Part shown: in pieces, positions 51,618-60,979 of the stretch
Layout: each line of letters begins with the position of its first letter
How positions within the stretch are numbered: the stretch's first letter is position 1
Origin: a virus
IMG/VR virus record: IMGVR_UViG_3300045988_143931
Coordinates: 97,064 to 161,063 of that record
DNA length: 64,000 nt
Direction: 5' to 3' (one strand)
Program-made: the position numbers and the translations under genes
The notes under the pieces: generated by a model
Told to the model about the DNA's origin: nothing
The model's database searches: none
Seen by the model: only the letters and a program-made list of their open reading frames with translations

Positions 51618-54600
51618 TGCAAATTAAAATTCTATCATCTTGCGGTAATACATTGTTATTTGGACAGACTGCTACTTTAGCAGTTCAATTATATGATGAT
51701 AATGATAATATTATAAATGATACTTCTACTTATCATTATGTATGGAAAAAATATCATGAAGGTCGAGAGGTTAAATGGGACGCATTTGGACAAACAATAA
51801 CAATTATATCAGATGAATGTGGTAATGTGGTATATAAAGTTTTTGTTATGGATGAAAATAGTCTTACAAATTTTTCAGGAAATTTGATTACGGACAATGA
51901 AGATAATATATATACAGCATATTTTTCTTTTGATTCTATTTTGACCGAAATATACAACGGTTCTTCTGATATACCACCATATTCTAAAGATTTAACAATA
52001 ATCTTAGCTTCAAGGAATTTAAAGCTACTTGGACAAATAGTTAATATAGATTCTGATAGTATATCTTACAAGAATTCTCTTAATGCAGCAAATGAATTGT
52101 CTTTTACTGTACATAAGAATCTTGACAATATAATTGAACCTTTATGGGATAAGATAACCGATCTAAAATTAGCTTATGTTAAAGAGCTAAATCAATATTA
52201 TCAAATATCTGTTACTATTAATGATACATCTGATGATATAACAAAGGTAATATCTGCTACTTCTTTATGCGAAGCGGAATTGAGTCAGAAATATATTCAT
52301 AATACGGAAATCAATACAGAGAATGATATTACTAGAGATGATTATACAATTACAAAATTTTATAGCCTTACTGATAAAAAAGCTTCTTTGTTAGATAGAA
52401 TATTGTCGTTTGCTCCAAATTATAAGATTGGACATGTTGATGATACTCTTGTCGATCTACAAAGAAGTTTTTCTATTGATGGAACAAGTATATATGATTT
52501 CTTAATTGGTGATTGCTCTGAGCAATTTGGATGTTTATTTCAATTCGATTCTACCTCAAGAACAATTAATGTATATGATTTATATACAAATTGTTTAAAT
52601 CCTGAATGCGGATACCGTGGAGAATTTAATGATACTTGCCCCGAATGTGGAAATACTAATCTTTCATATTTTGGCGAAGATACTTTTATTTATATTGATA
52701 AGGACAACTTAACAGATTCTATTGAATTTACAACAGATATTAATTCTGTAAAGAACTGTTTTAAAGTTGTGGGTGGAGACGATGATATCAACGCTGCTAT
52801 TCATAATGTCAATCCTAATGGTTCAGATATTATATATAGAATAACGGACGAACAAAAAGATGATATGTCTTCTGAACTTGTAGAGAAATTATCTGATTAT
52901 GATGAATTATGTGACTTTTATAAAAGTACTTATAAATCAATCAATATTGATATCTATAATGCTATGGATAAAATATTGTATTATACTTCATCTATGATGC
53001 CGACAGTTGAGCATGAAGAAGTTACGGCATCTACCGAAGCAGCAAAACTTACCTCTGCTAAATTAAGTCCACTAGGATTACAAAAAGTAACTACTTCTAC
53101 TTCTGTTGCCACAGTGAACACGGCACTGAAGATGTTAGCAAGGGTGTTTGTTAAATCAGGATATGTCAAGGTTGAAGTTGATACAGATAACACAAATACA
53201 TTTACCTATGTTGGTATAGATGAACAGCATAATCATTATGGTACTTGGTATGGTCGATTTAAAGTTACCAATTATAGCAACGAAAAAGATATTGTATACA
53301 CTAATTATATGGAAATTAAGGTATACGACTTATATGAAGAATATCTTGATCAAAAAATTAAGAAAAACATCGTAAGTAATGATAAAGATGGTGAAGGTAA
53401 TCTATTCAATGTATTATCTATTGAAGACTTATCACAATTTAAGAATGCATTAACTTATTACTGTTTGAATAGACTTACATCATTTTATTCTGCTATTGAA
53501 GGATGTATGAACATACTTATTGAAGCTGATCAAGCAAAACAAGGTGCAGATTTATATGAGAAGTTCTATTTAAAGTATTATAACATGCTTCAGGCATGTC
53601 AGGACGAAATTGATACTCGTAATGCAACAATAACCGAATGGAATGGTAAGTATGATTCATATGTTAATCAGCGAAACATAATTCAAGATAAACTTAATTT
53701 TGAAAAGTATCTTGGTAAGGAATTATATAATGAATTTATATCATATATTAGAGAAGATACTTATACTAATGATAATTATATATCCGATGGATTGACCAAT
53801 GAAGAACTGTTAAATAAAGCCGAGGAATTGTTGAATACGGCTAAATTAGAATTATTCAAGTCAAGTGAAAGACAACACAGTATATCTTCGACTTTGTATA
53901 ATTTGTTGCAGATGAAAGAATTTTCTGAAATTATTGATAAGTTCCAATTAGGTAATTGGATAAGAGTCAAAGTCGATAATAATATATATAGATTAAGACT
54001 TGTATCTTATGAAGTAAATAATAGTGGTATAGAAAATATTAATGTTGAATTTTCTGATGTTACACAAACTTTAAATGGTCAAAATGATACAAAAAGTATC
54101 ATCAGTAAAGCTCAACAGATGGCTACTAATTATAGTTATGTAAGTACTCAAGCAAAGAAAGGTGAACAAGCACAGAATTCTATTGCTTCTCTTCTTACTA
54201 ATGGTTTTAATACGGCTATAACCGCAATAAAAAATGCTGATACAGAAGATATTATTATTAATAAAAATGGTATATCTGCTAGAGCATTAAATGATATAGA
54301 GTCTGCGTATGAACCTAAACAACTTAAGATTATTCATAATATGATTGTATTCACCGAAGATAACTGGCTTACAGCTTCTACAGCGATTGGTGAGATAAAA
54401 TATACATTAGACGGACAAGAGTTTTCATCTTATGGAATAATTGCTAAGAGTATGATATCTGGAATAATAATTGCAGGACACATATATTCAGCTAATTATT
54501 CTTCTACAAATAAGACAGGGACTCATATTGATCTTGACTCAGGTTCATTTTCTTTAGCTGGTGATAAGATTATTTATTCAGCAGGAGGAAATAAACTTAC

Positions 54601-55504
54601 ACTTAAAGATGTGCTTGTTGAGTATACGACTGAAGATGATAAGGGTGAAAAAACACAAATTGTTACAGGTCTTGATACTGTTGCGATTAAGGTAGATACA
54701 ATTAATTCAAAATATATCAGTACAGATAATTTTTCTGCTAAGTTTGCAGAGATAGACATTGTAAAAATTAATGAGTTGTATGCAAATTCTGCTTTTATTA
54801 CTTCTCTTAATTCTTATACATCTAATTCTATTAATTCTACAGTTAATACCGAGTTTGTTAAAACTCTTATTGCTGGTCATGCTACTCTTAATGATTTATT
54901 TACAAGTAATTTTACAATAGGTTCTGATGATTGTGGTTATGTTCTTATGAACGGTTCTACAATGCAATTTAAAGACAAAAACGGTAATGTATATGTTCAG
55001 ATAGGCACAGACAAATCTGGTGGACATTCTATTATTATTAATGATAGTAATGGAACTGCTATTATGAATGGTTCAGGTATTACTGCTAATGCTATTGCAG
55101 ATGGTTTAATTGTGGACAAAATGGTTAAGAAGAAAGATACAACTTATAATGGTATCTCAGGTGATAAGCTTAATATAGATTCTGTTGTAACAAGTATTAA
55201 TGAGGGTAATAAAACCATTAAATCTTCTCTCATTTATTTTGATGAAGATAAACAAACGCTTGATACCAAATTGGGTAAAATGGTGGAAACAGACACTACG
55301 ATAAGTAACAGTCTTAATACAATTAAAAATTCAGTCGATGAGAACACCTCTGCAATTACACAAGTTACTATGTCTGCGAATGGTAATAATATATTAAGAA
55401 ATTCTGATACATTGATATTTGATGATTATATAATTGGTTCAAAACTTATTGATGCAAGCAATAATATTCTTGTTGATAGAAACGGTTATATATTAGTCGG
55501 TTAA
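51617..55504 (+). CDS. Large tail-tip / tail-associated structural protein (Tal-like)
   Basis: 1295 aa. Start overlaps the previous stop (TAATG). Central CxxC...CxxC Zn-ribbon-like insert (CLNPECGYRGEFNDTCPECG), a coiled coil and a beta-rich C-terminus. Confidence 0.55.
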   Translation: MQIKILSSCGNTLLFGQTATLAVQLYDDNDNIINDTSTYHYVWKKYHEGREVKWDAFGQTITIISDECGNVVYKVFVMDENSLTNFSGNLITDNEDNIYTAYFSFDSILTEIYNGSSDIPPYSKDLTIILASRNLKLLGQIVNIDSDSISYKNSLNAANELSFTVHKNLDNIIEPLWDKITDLKLAYVKELNQYYQISVTINDTSDDITKVISATSLCEAELSQKYIHNTEINTENDITRDDYTITKFYSLTDKKASLLDRILSFAPNYKIGHVDDTLVDLQRSFSIDGTSIYDFLIGDCSEQFGCLFQFDSTSRTINVYDLYTNCLNPECGYRGEFNDTCPECGNTNLSYFGEDTFIYIDKDNLTDSIEFTTDINSVKNCFKVVGGDDDINAAIHNVNPNGSDIIYRITDEQKDDMSSELVEKLSDYDELCDFYKSTYKSINIDIYNAMDKILYYTSSMMPTVEHEEVTASTEAAKLTSAKLSPLGLQKVTTSTSVATVNTALKMLARVFVKSGYVKVEVDTDNTNTFTYVGIDEQHNHYGTWYGRFKVTNYSNEKDIVYTNYMEIKVYDLYEEYLDQKIKKNIVSNDKDGEGNLFNVLSIEDLSQFKNALTYYCLNRLTSFYSAIEGCMNILIEADQAKQGADLYEKFYLKYYNMLQACQDEIDTRNATITEWNGKYDSYVNQRNIIQDKLNFEKYLGKELYNEFISYIREDTYTNDNYISDGLTNEELLNKAEELLNTAKLELFKSSERQHSISSTLYNLLQMKEFSEIIDKFQLGNWIRVKVDNNIYRLRLVSYEVNNSGIENINVEFSDVTQTLNGQNDTKSIISKAQQMATNYSYVSTQAKKGEQAQNSIASLLTNGFNTAITAIKNADTEDIIINKNGISARALNDIESAYEPKQLKIIHNMIVFTEDNWLTASTAIGEIKYTLDGQEFSSYGIIAKSMISGIIIAGHIYSANYSSTNKTGTHIDLDSGSFSLAGDKIIYSAGGNKLTLKDVLVEYTTEDDKGEKTQIVTGLDTVAIKVDTINSKYISTDNFSAKFAEIDIVKINELYANSAFITSLNSYTSNSINSTVNTEFVKTLIAGHATLNDLFTSNFTIGSDDCGYVLMNGSTMQFKDKNGNVYVQIGTDKSGGHSIIINDSNGTAIMNGSGITANAIADGLIVDKMVKKKDTTYNGISGDKLNIDSVVTSINEGNKTIKSSLIYFDEDKQTLDTKLGKMVETDTTISNSLNTIKNSVDENTSAITQVTMSANGNNILRNSDTLIFDDYIIGSKLIDASNNILVDRNGYILVG

Positions 55505-55507
55505 TTA

Positions 55508-55538
55508 AGGGCTGAGAAATCAGCTCTTTTATTTTTTT
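55508..55538 (+). terminator. Rho-independent terminator
   Basis: 8-bp stem with a GAAA loop (agggctga GAAA tcagctct), then a T-rich tail. Confidence 0.85.
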
Positions 55539-55561
55539 AAAGAAAGGAAATAAAAAAAAAT

Positions 55562-56413
55562 ATGGCAAATAAAAAAATAACAGATGCTACTCAGATAAGC
55601 ACTATGTCTGGTAGTGATAAATTATTCGTTAATTCAGGTGATGATTTAAAGCAAATCACACTAGATCAAGCTGTCGCAGCATCAACACCAGTTCAACAAC
55701 TAAACAACAATATAGAATTTTCCACTTTGGTAAAAAAAGCAAAAAATTTAGAACCAAACACAGACTTAAATACCATAACTACATCTGGAATATATTATCT
55801 TCTAAACGCAGAAACATGGGGCAATGCTCCAAATACCAAAGTAACAAATAGTTATCTTATAGTGATTGCGGTTAACACAAAAAGATGTACACAGATACTT
55901 CTTCCCGGAAATGACACTGCAATTTACATTCGTTCTACTTATACTGATAACACACTTTGGACTAATTGGAAATCTAATAATACAGACATAGAAATAAAAA
56001 ACTGTTTTTGCAAAAATATTGCAAGTGTAGATGGTACTCTTGAAGGTTATGGCTATAATTATTGTTATTATAATAAATCTACTAAAATAGGAATATTACA
56101 CTTTGCGTCTCGAATTGAAACACCAGATTCTACATTAAATAATTTTTCTGGCTATTATGATGTGACAACAGTTCTTGAAAATATGGGTATTACTAGCTTT
56201 AATAAAATATTGGAAAGCAATTATACTCCATACGATTCCACAGGTGTAGTTCGAGCAAAGTTGATAGGCTATGGAACAACATTATTATATAGCTCTGCAA
56301 GTCAACATTATGCTTTTGCTCGATATTATACAAAAGATGGAGAGAAAGGCGCATGGGCAACAAGCGAATTCCAAAAGGGTGATTATATTACAGGTTCGCT
56401 TATATTTAGTTAA
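55562..56413 (+). CDS. Putative receptor-binding / tail fibre protein
   Basis: 283 aa. It is the last late gene before attP. Assigned by position only. Confidence 0.35.
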   Translation: MANKKITDATQISTMSGSDKLFVNSGDDLKQITLDQAVAASTPVQQLNNNIEFSTLVKKAKNLEPNTDLNTITTSGIYYLLNAETWGNAPNTKVTNSYLIVIAVNTKRCTQILLPGNDTAIYIRSTYTDNTLWTNWKSNNTDIEIKNCFCKNIASVDGTLEGYGYNYCYYNKSTKIGILHFASRIETPDSTLNNFSGYYDVTTVLENMGITSFNKILESNYTPYDSTGVVRAKLIGYGTTLLYSSASQHYAFARYYTKDGEKGAWATSEFQKGDYITGSLIFS

Positions 56414-56496
56414 CTTTCAGAGACTGCTTTAGTAATTACACCATCGTATTTAATATTATTACTGTTTAATTGTAATATTTATATTTCTTTTCAATA

Positions 56497-56528
56497 GGAG
56501 AATCTTTAATTGCATTCTCCAATTTTTT
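56497..56528 (+). terminator. Rho-independent terminator ending the late operon
   Basis: 7-bp stem ggagaat/attctcc followed by AATTTTTT. Confidence 0.75.
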
Positions 56529-56718
56529 ACAAAAAACTTCACATGAAATACCGATTTCTTAATACAGCTATATACAAGGGGTAAATCGCTTGTATTTGAC
56601 CAAATTAAGGCTTTTATATAATTATATGATAAATTGACGGTGTATTTTATATTTAAGTCAATTTGAGCCATATATAAGCGATTTTATATAGGCGTATAGA
56701 CATAAACAAAAAATTTTT

Positions 56719-56766
56719 TAGGGAACATTCCTGGTTATATTAATCAGAAGTGTTCCCTATTTTTTA
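56719..56766 (+). terminator. Rho-independent terminator with no upstream ORF (end of a possible small RNA)
   Basis: 9-bp stem tagggaaca/tgttcccta followed by TTTTTT. Confidence 0.7.
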
Positions 56767-56816
56767 CGATTTTAATATGGTATAATTATTTCAGTTGATA
56801 TTTGTGGAGGTATATT

Positions 56817-57047
56817 ATGAAAGAGGGAATTGAAGCTTATATTATTGAGAGTAATTTGAAGGTTAGAAAGGTAACTGTCGCTCATGTTACTGGTAATCTT
56901 GCTACTGTACGATTTGAAGAAGGCGGTGGAATCAGAGTGCCTATTAATAGACTATATGGATCTGAAGAGGAAGCCACAAAGGAATTAAGATATAAAACCG
57001 AAATAAAAAAACCGCCTCATAATTATTTAAATGGACAATTATTATAA
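56817..57047 (+). CDS. Hypothetical protein
   Basis: ATG at 56817 after GTGGAGG. An extended -10 (TGGTATAAT) lies upstream. 76 aa. Confidence 0.5.
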   Translation: MKEGIEAYIIESNLKVRKVTVAHVTGNLATVRFEEGGGIRVPINRLYGSEEEATKELRYKTEIKKPPHNYLNGQLL

Positions 57048-57056
57048 AAAAATTTA

Positions 57057-57090
57057 AAGGAGATGTATTTTATTATACACCTCCTTTTTC
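57057..57090 (+). terminator. Rho-independent terminator
   Basis: Stem aaggagatgtat/atacacctcctt (one bulge) followed by TTTTC. Confidence 0.7.
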
Positions 57091-57226
57091 TTAAAATGTA
57101 GAATGTAGACAAATTTGGAGTAAATCTACATTCTGTTTAATTCAATATATAAGATTCGAACTTATATTTTAAACACCGACTGTTTATTGACTTAGATAAA
57201 AATATAATTATACTACCCTTATTTTT

Positions 57227-57452
57227 GACGACACTTTTGACGACACTTTTTTCGTACTATGACGACCTAAAACGGTCTAAAATGATACTTTTTGAAAATC
57301 CTCAATCTTCTAAGTCCGCATAAACACTGGATTTCTGTGGTGTTGTAGTAATGGACTAGAGGGGAGTCGAACCTTTCGTCAAACTCTTGTATCCCTTGAT
57401 TTTACTGACTTCCCAATGTATTATTTTGTTTTGACGACACTTTGACGACACT
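57227..57452. other. attP region: arm-type repeats flanking a core that mimics a tRNA 3' end
   Basis: Four perfect direct copies of GACGACACT (57227, 57239, 57433, 57444) plus a partial copy (57261). On the minus strand, the core at 57352-57373 reads GGTTCGACTCCCCTCTAGTCCA (T loop, T stem 3' strand and acceptor 3' strand). Upstream bases do not complete a T stem, so this is a fragment and not a gene. Confidence 0.7.
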
Positions 57453-57454
57453 AT

Positions 57455-58651
57455 TTAGCAAACTTTTACCATATTCATTGCTATTGCTTCTTGCTCTTTA
57501 ATTACATGAATATACTTATTATATGTGATGGTTATATTAGCATGTCCTAATAGCTTACTTACAACTTCAATTCCTACACCATTTCTTAATAATGTTGAAC
57601 CAAATGTGTGTCTTAAAGTGTGTAATGTTATATGTTCGTCCGATTTAATATTTCGTGTTAATCTATCAAGACTACGTTGAAGATTCCTTGCACATTGTCT
57701 TGTGTTATTTTTACAACAACAAAAATAATCACTATTTATGTTGTTTCTTTTGTCGTATTGTTTTAGTTCTTGAATATAATACAAAGTATTTTCGTTAAGT
57801 TTTAGATATCTTTCACCTGCAACAGTTTTTGTGGAATTTTTTAAAGCTAAACTCTGTTTTTTACATTGCGAATCTAATGCAACTTTTGTCTGTATTGTTT
57901 TATTAATTTTAACTATATTATTTTTAAAATTAAAATCATCCCATGTTAATGCAAGTACCTCGCCTGTTCTCAACCCTAGATTCAACATAATAATTAAAAC
58001 TAAGAAGTCTCTTCCTTTATATTCATCTATCGTTTTGTATTTGGATACAGCTTCTTTTTTAAATTGTTCTAACTGGTTATCTGTTAGAGAAAACTGTTCT
58101 TTAGTTTTAATAACAAGATAACTTTCTGTCGGTAGTTTAATGTCACTACATGGATTGTTAAATATAATTTTTTCTTTAATTGCTGTTTCGAAACATGGGT
58201 TTAATAATTGTATGATTTTTTTTAATCCAGACAAAGCCAATGGTTTTTTTCCTGATTTTAATGGAGGATTGGCAAATTCCTTAATAAAAACATCTATGTC
58301 TTGTGATGTAATATCACAGATATATTTATTGCCGATATAAGGTTTAATTTGATGTTGATAAACACTGTATAACCTAGTGTAACTAGAGCCTTCAATTGTT
58401 CCAAATTTATAATTACTTAGCCAATATTCTACATAATCATTCAGCTTGATTTTTTTTGTTTCTTTAAACCCATTATTAATTTTTTGAAGATAGGATTTAA
58501 CCTTATTTTTTACTTCTACTTTTGTATTACCATAAAAGCTTTTTCTAATACCATTGATTGTAATTTTAGCCTCAAACCTATCATCTTTTCGTTGCATTAT
58601 ATTCATATTATTAATAGTTGCCGATATATTGATACTATTTATAATTATCAC
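57455..58651 (-). CDS. int: Phage integrase (tyrosine recombinase)
   Basis: LRTGEVLALTWDD (R), HTLRHTFGSTLL (H-x-x-R), LLGHANITITYNKYIHV (H, Y). The true start is probably internal (MQRKDDRF at 58597). It is adjacent to attP and xis. Confidence 0.9.
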   Translation of the reverse strand: MIIINSINISATINNMNIMQRKDDRFEAKITINGIRKSFYGNTKVEVKNKVKSYLQKINNGFKETKKIKLNDYVEYWLSNYKFGTIEGSSYTRLYSVYQHQIKPYIGNKYICDITSQDIDVFIKEFANPPLKSGKKPLALSGLKKIIQLLNPCFETAIKEKIIFNNPCSDIKLPTESYLVIKTKEQFSLTDNQLEQFKKEAVSKYKTIDEYKGRDFLVLIIMLNLGLRTGEVLALTWDDFNFKNNIVKINKTIQTKVALDSQCKKQSLALKNSTKTVAGERYLKLNENTLYYIQELKQYDKRNNINSDYFCCCKNNTRQCARNLQRSLDRLTRNIKSDEHITLHTLRHTFGSTLLRNGVGIEVVSKLLGHANITITYNKYIHVIKEQEAIAMNMVKVC

Positions 58652-58727
58652 ACCTTTCTTTTACATCAATATAAGGGCAGTACAATTATGAGTTAATCAT
58701 AATATGTCTGCCCTATTTTTTCAATGA

Positions 58728-58913
58728 TTAATAATATATTTCTTCATTGATATGTTCCTTGATCCATTCTTCTAATATAGAAAATGTTGTTATATAATCA
58801 TTGCCAATTTTCATTAATGGTAATTCTCCTGATTTTATTAGTTGTTTTATCTTAGTTTTTCCAAAAGGAAGAATGTCATATAAATCTTTTTGGCTTAAAA
58901 CCTTATTTTCCAT
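58728..58913 (-). CDS. xis: Excisionase-family HTH DNA-binding protein
   Basis: 61 aa. LSQKDLYDILPFGKTKIKQLIKSGELPLMKIG is an excisionase/MerR-type HTH. It sits next to int. Confidence 0.7.
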   Translation of the reverse strand: MENKVLSQKDLYDILPFGKTKIKQLIKSGELPLMKIGNDYITTFSILEEWIKEHINEEIYY

Positions 58914-58915
58914 AT

Positions 58916-59365
58916 TTATGCCTTTCCTGAACTACCAAAGCCACCATTTCCTCTAACTGTATCACTGAGATTTTCTTTCACATTAAATCCAAACTGTTCT
59001 ACTGGCTGAATAATAATCTGTGCAATTCTATCACCTTCAGATACCGTTCTTACTTCATTACTCTGATTATATAGTGCAACCATAATATTACCTCGATAGT
59101 CTGAATCAATCACTCCGACCTTATTGGCAGGAGCTAAACCCTGTTTACAAGCTAATCCGCTTCTGGCATAAATAAGACCGACATATCCTTCTGGAATCTC
59201 CATAGCAATCCCAGTATCAACAAAAGCTGTTTCGCCAGGAAGAATCTCTACCTTATTTTCTTCATTATGTATTACCGCATATAAATCTGCGCCTGCTGCA
59301 AATTCACTACCATATGTAGGGATTTTTGCATTCTCATCTGTTTTCTTAATATTAATTATTTTCAT
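58916..59365 (-). CDS. dut: dUTP diphosphatase
   Basis: 149 aa. AAGADLYA, GLIYARSGLA, GVIDSDYRG, GDRIAQIII and RGNGGFGSSG are the five dUTPase motifs. Confidence 0.9.
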   Translation of the reverse strand: MKIINIKKTDENAKIPTYGSEFAAGADLYAVIHNEENKVEILPGETAFVDTGIAMEIPEGYVGLIYARSGLACKQGLAPANKVGVIDSDYRGNIMVALYNQSNEVRTVSEGDRIAQIIIQPVEQFGFNVKENLSDTVRGNGGFGSSGKA

Positions 59366-59681
59366 ACGCTTTTAAAATTCCTTTCTTTATAAGTTTTATA
59401 ATCTCTGTGTTAATATTCTCTGTTATTATCCTATTCACTTTACTATTTGTTTCATTATAGTATGGATAATATGTAGAGCCTTCTGATTGAATATCATAAG
59501 TAAAAATATTTTCTTCCATATTTATATAAAAATACGCATATATGGTTGTTTTATCGTTCCATTTATATACTGGAACATATAATCTATAATCACCATTTTC
59601 CTTATATCTAAATCCGTAATCAAGCAACTTATTTTTGGTTACAGATTTATTCACTTTAATTCTTCTTACTTCACCCATCAT
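59352..59681 (-). CDS. Hypothetical protein
   Basis: 109 aa with SD AAGGAG. Overlaps its neighbours. Confidence 0.5.
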   Translation of the reverse strand: MMGEVRRIKVNKSVTKNKLLDYGFRYKENGDYRLYVPVYKWNDKTTIYAYFYINMEENIFTYDIQSEGSTYYPYYNETNSKVNRIITENINTEIIKLIKKGILKAYENN

Positions 59682-60313
59682 TACATCTCCTTAATTTCAT
59701 TTTCAAGATATTTGAGATATTCGTCCCATTTGCCAATCATGTAGATATATTCCTTACCCTTGACACATTTAAGTCTCATATCTGCTTTAATATTCTCCCA
59801 CGGAGTCTTTTTTGTAACTAAAGTTTGTAAGTAAGAATGTGTCATTCTACTTAGGGTTAAAAGCTCCTCAGGAGGAATTTTAGACACGATTTCTTTGTAC
59901 TGTGTCAATTTATCATCTGGTATTTTAAAATTAGATTTTGGGAGATTTTTGGATGAAAAAGGACTTATTTGAGAGCCTGATGTTCTTGGTTTTAGTAAAG
60001 GAATAACCTTGTCTGAATTGACATATTTGAACTTAAATAGAATTTCAGAATCCGTTTCTTCAATGTCAAATATAAGAGACGGATCAGATTGCTGAATTAT
60101 TTTAATAATATTATGTCCTCTTATTAAAGAAGGAATATATGTTTGTAAAGTATTATGTCCATAATAGAATACCTTGTTGCCATATTGACAAGATATATAA
60201 CAATCAATATCTTCTAATGTGCCATTGAGCTTACGATTAAAATCGTTTGTATCTTTATTTACAGGACACAAGATTCTATATTTTCCTTTAAACCTATCAT
60301 ATAAATATCCTAT
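59681..60313 (-). CDS. Hypothetical protein with a probable ATA start
   Basis: Tracked from TTG at 60271, which has no well-spaced SD. GAGAGGTG (60328..60321) lies 7 nt before an in-frame ATA (60313). The frame opens only at 60319, after TGA. Confidence 0.45.
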   Translation of the reverse strand: MGYLYDRFKGKYRILCPVNKDTNDFNRKLNGTLEDIDCYISCQYGNKVFYYGHNTLQTYIPSLIRGHNIIKIIQQSDPSLIFDIEETDSEILFKFKYVNSDKVIPLLKPRTSGSQISPFSSKNLPKSNFKIPDDKLTQYKEIVSKIPPEELLTLSRMTHSYLQTLVTKKTPWENIKADMRLKCVKGKEYIYMIGKWDEYLKYLENEIKEM

Positions 60314-60331
60314 AGTTGTTCACCTCTCTTA

Positions 60332-60607
60332 TTAATACTCTTCATATTCTTGTTCATCACTTATTTTAGGTGCATTTTTCTCAGCTTCTAAGACAGTATC
60401 TAAACACTCTTGTCTTGTCTTAAATATTGTCTTATCTAGCTTATTGTAAGAAAATAGATAAGCATGTTTATCACGCTTATCTGTTCCAACGAAGTAATCA
60501 TCTCTAACTGTCCTTACATATAGGTCACATACTTCATATATTCCTACTGGCTTAAGCATCCGAGCATAATAGACCATTTTACCTTTTTGAATATCTGTTT
60601 TGTTCAT
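60332..60607 (-). CDS. Hypothetical protein
   Basis: 91-aa ORF in the operon. Confidence 0.5.
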   Translation of the reverse strand: MNKTDIQKGKMVYYARMLKPVGIYEVCDLYVRTVRDDYFVGTDKRDKHAYLFSYNKLDKTIFKTRQECLDTVLEAEKNAPKISDEQEYEEY

Positions 60608-60954
60608 TATTTTTCCTTACCACCATTTTTTACAAATTCTAATGCATTATAAATACCTACCGCATATCCTTTAACACGATCAAACTGCAAAGGATTTTCT
60701 TTAACAGTTCTTTCCTCTACATCTTCAGCAAGCTTTAACTCTTTTTTTAATCTTTCAATAACCCTTTTATGGCTTTCGAGTGACTGTATTGCTGATTCAA
60801 TAGCTTCAATATGTTCACCTGTAGTTCCCTGCATATAACATAAATCGCAGTTGTCACACTTCTTATTATTACAATCTTCATGAACACCCTTAACCTGTCT
60901 TTTCTGGCATTTAAGATATGCTTTTAATTTTTCTAACGCTTCTTTATCATTCAT
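60607..60954 (-). CDS. Hypothetical Cys-rich protein
   Basis: 115 aa. CxxxxxxxxxxxC..KC.NC..C cluster and a coiled-coil C-terminus. Confidence 0.5.
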   Translation of the reverse strand: MNDKEALEKLKAYLKCQKRQVKGVHEDCNNKKCDNCDLCYMQGTTGEHIEAIESAIQSLESHKRVIERLKKELKLAEDVEERTVKENPLQFDRVKGYAVGIYNALEFVKNGGKEK

Positions 60955-60979
60955 AATTATTCTTTAATTACTCCTTAAA

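Noticed and set aside
56459-56671. Minus-strand ORF 56459..56671
   Set aside because: It has no SD, is AT-rich and low-complexity, and spans a plus-strand terminator and promoter-like signals.
57352-57373. A seventh tRNA gene on the minus strand next to int
   Set aside because: Only the T loop and the 3' strands are present. Upstream bases (GACGAAAGG) cannot form the T stem, and there is no anticodon or D arm. It is interpreted as the attP core and not as a gene.
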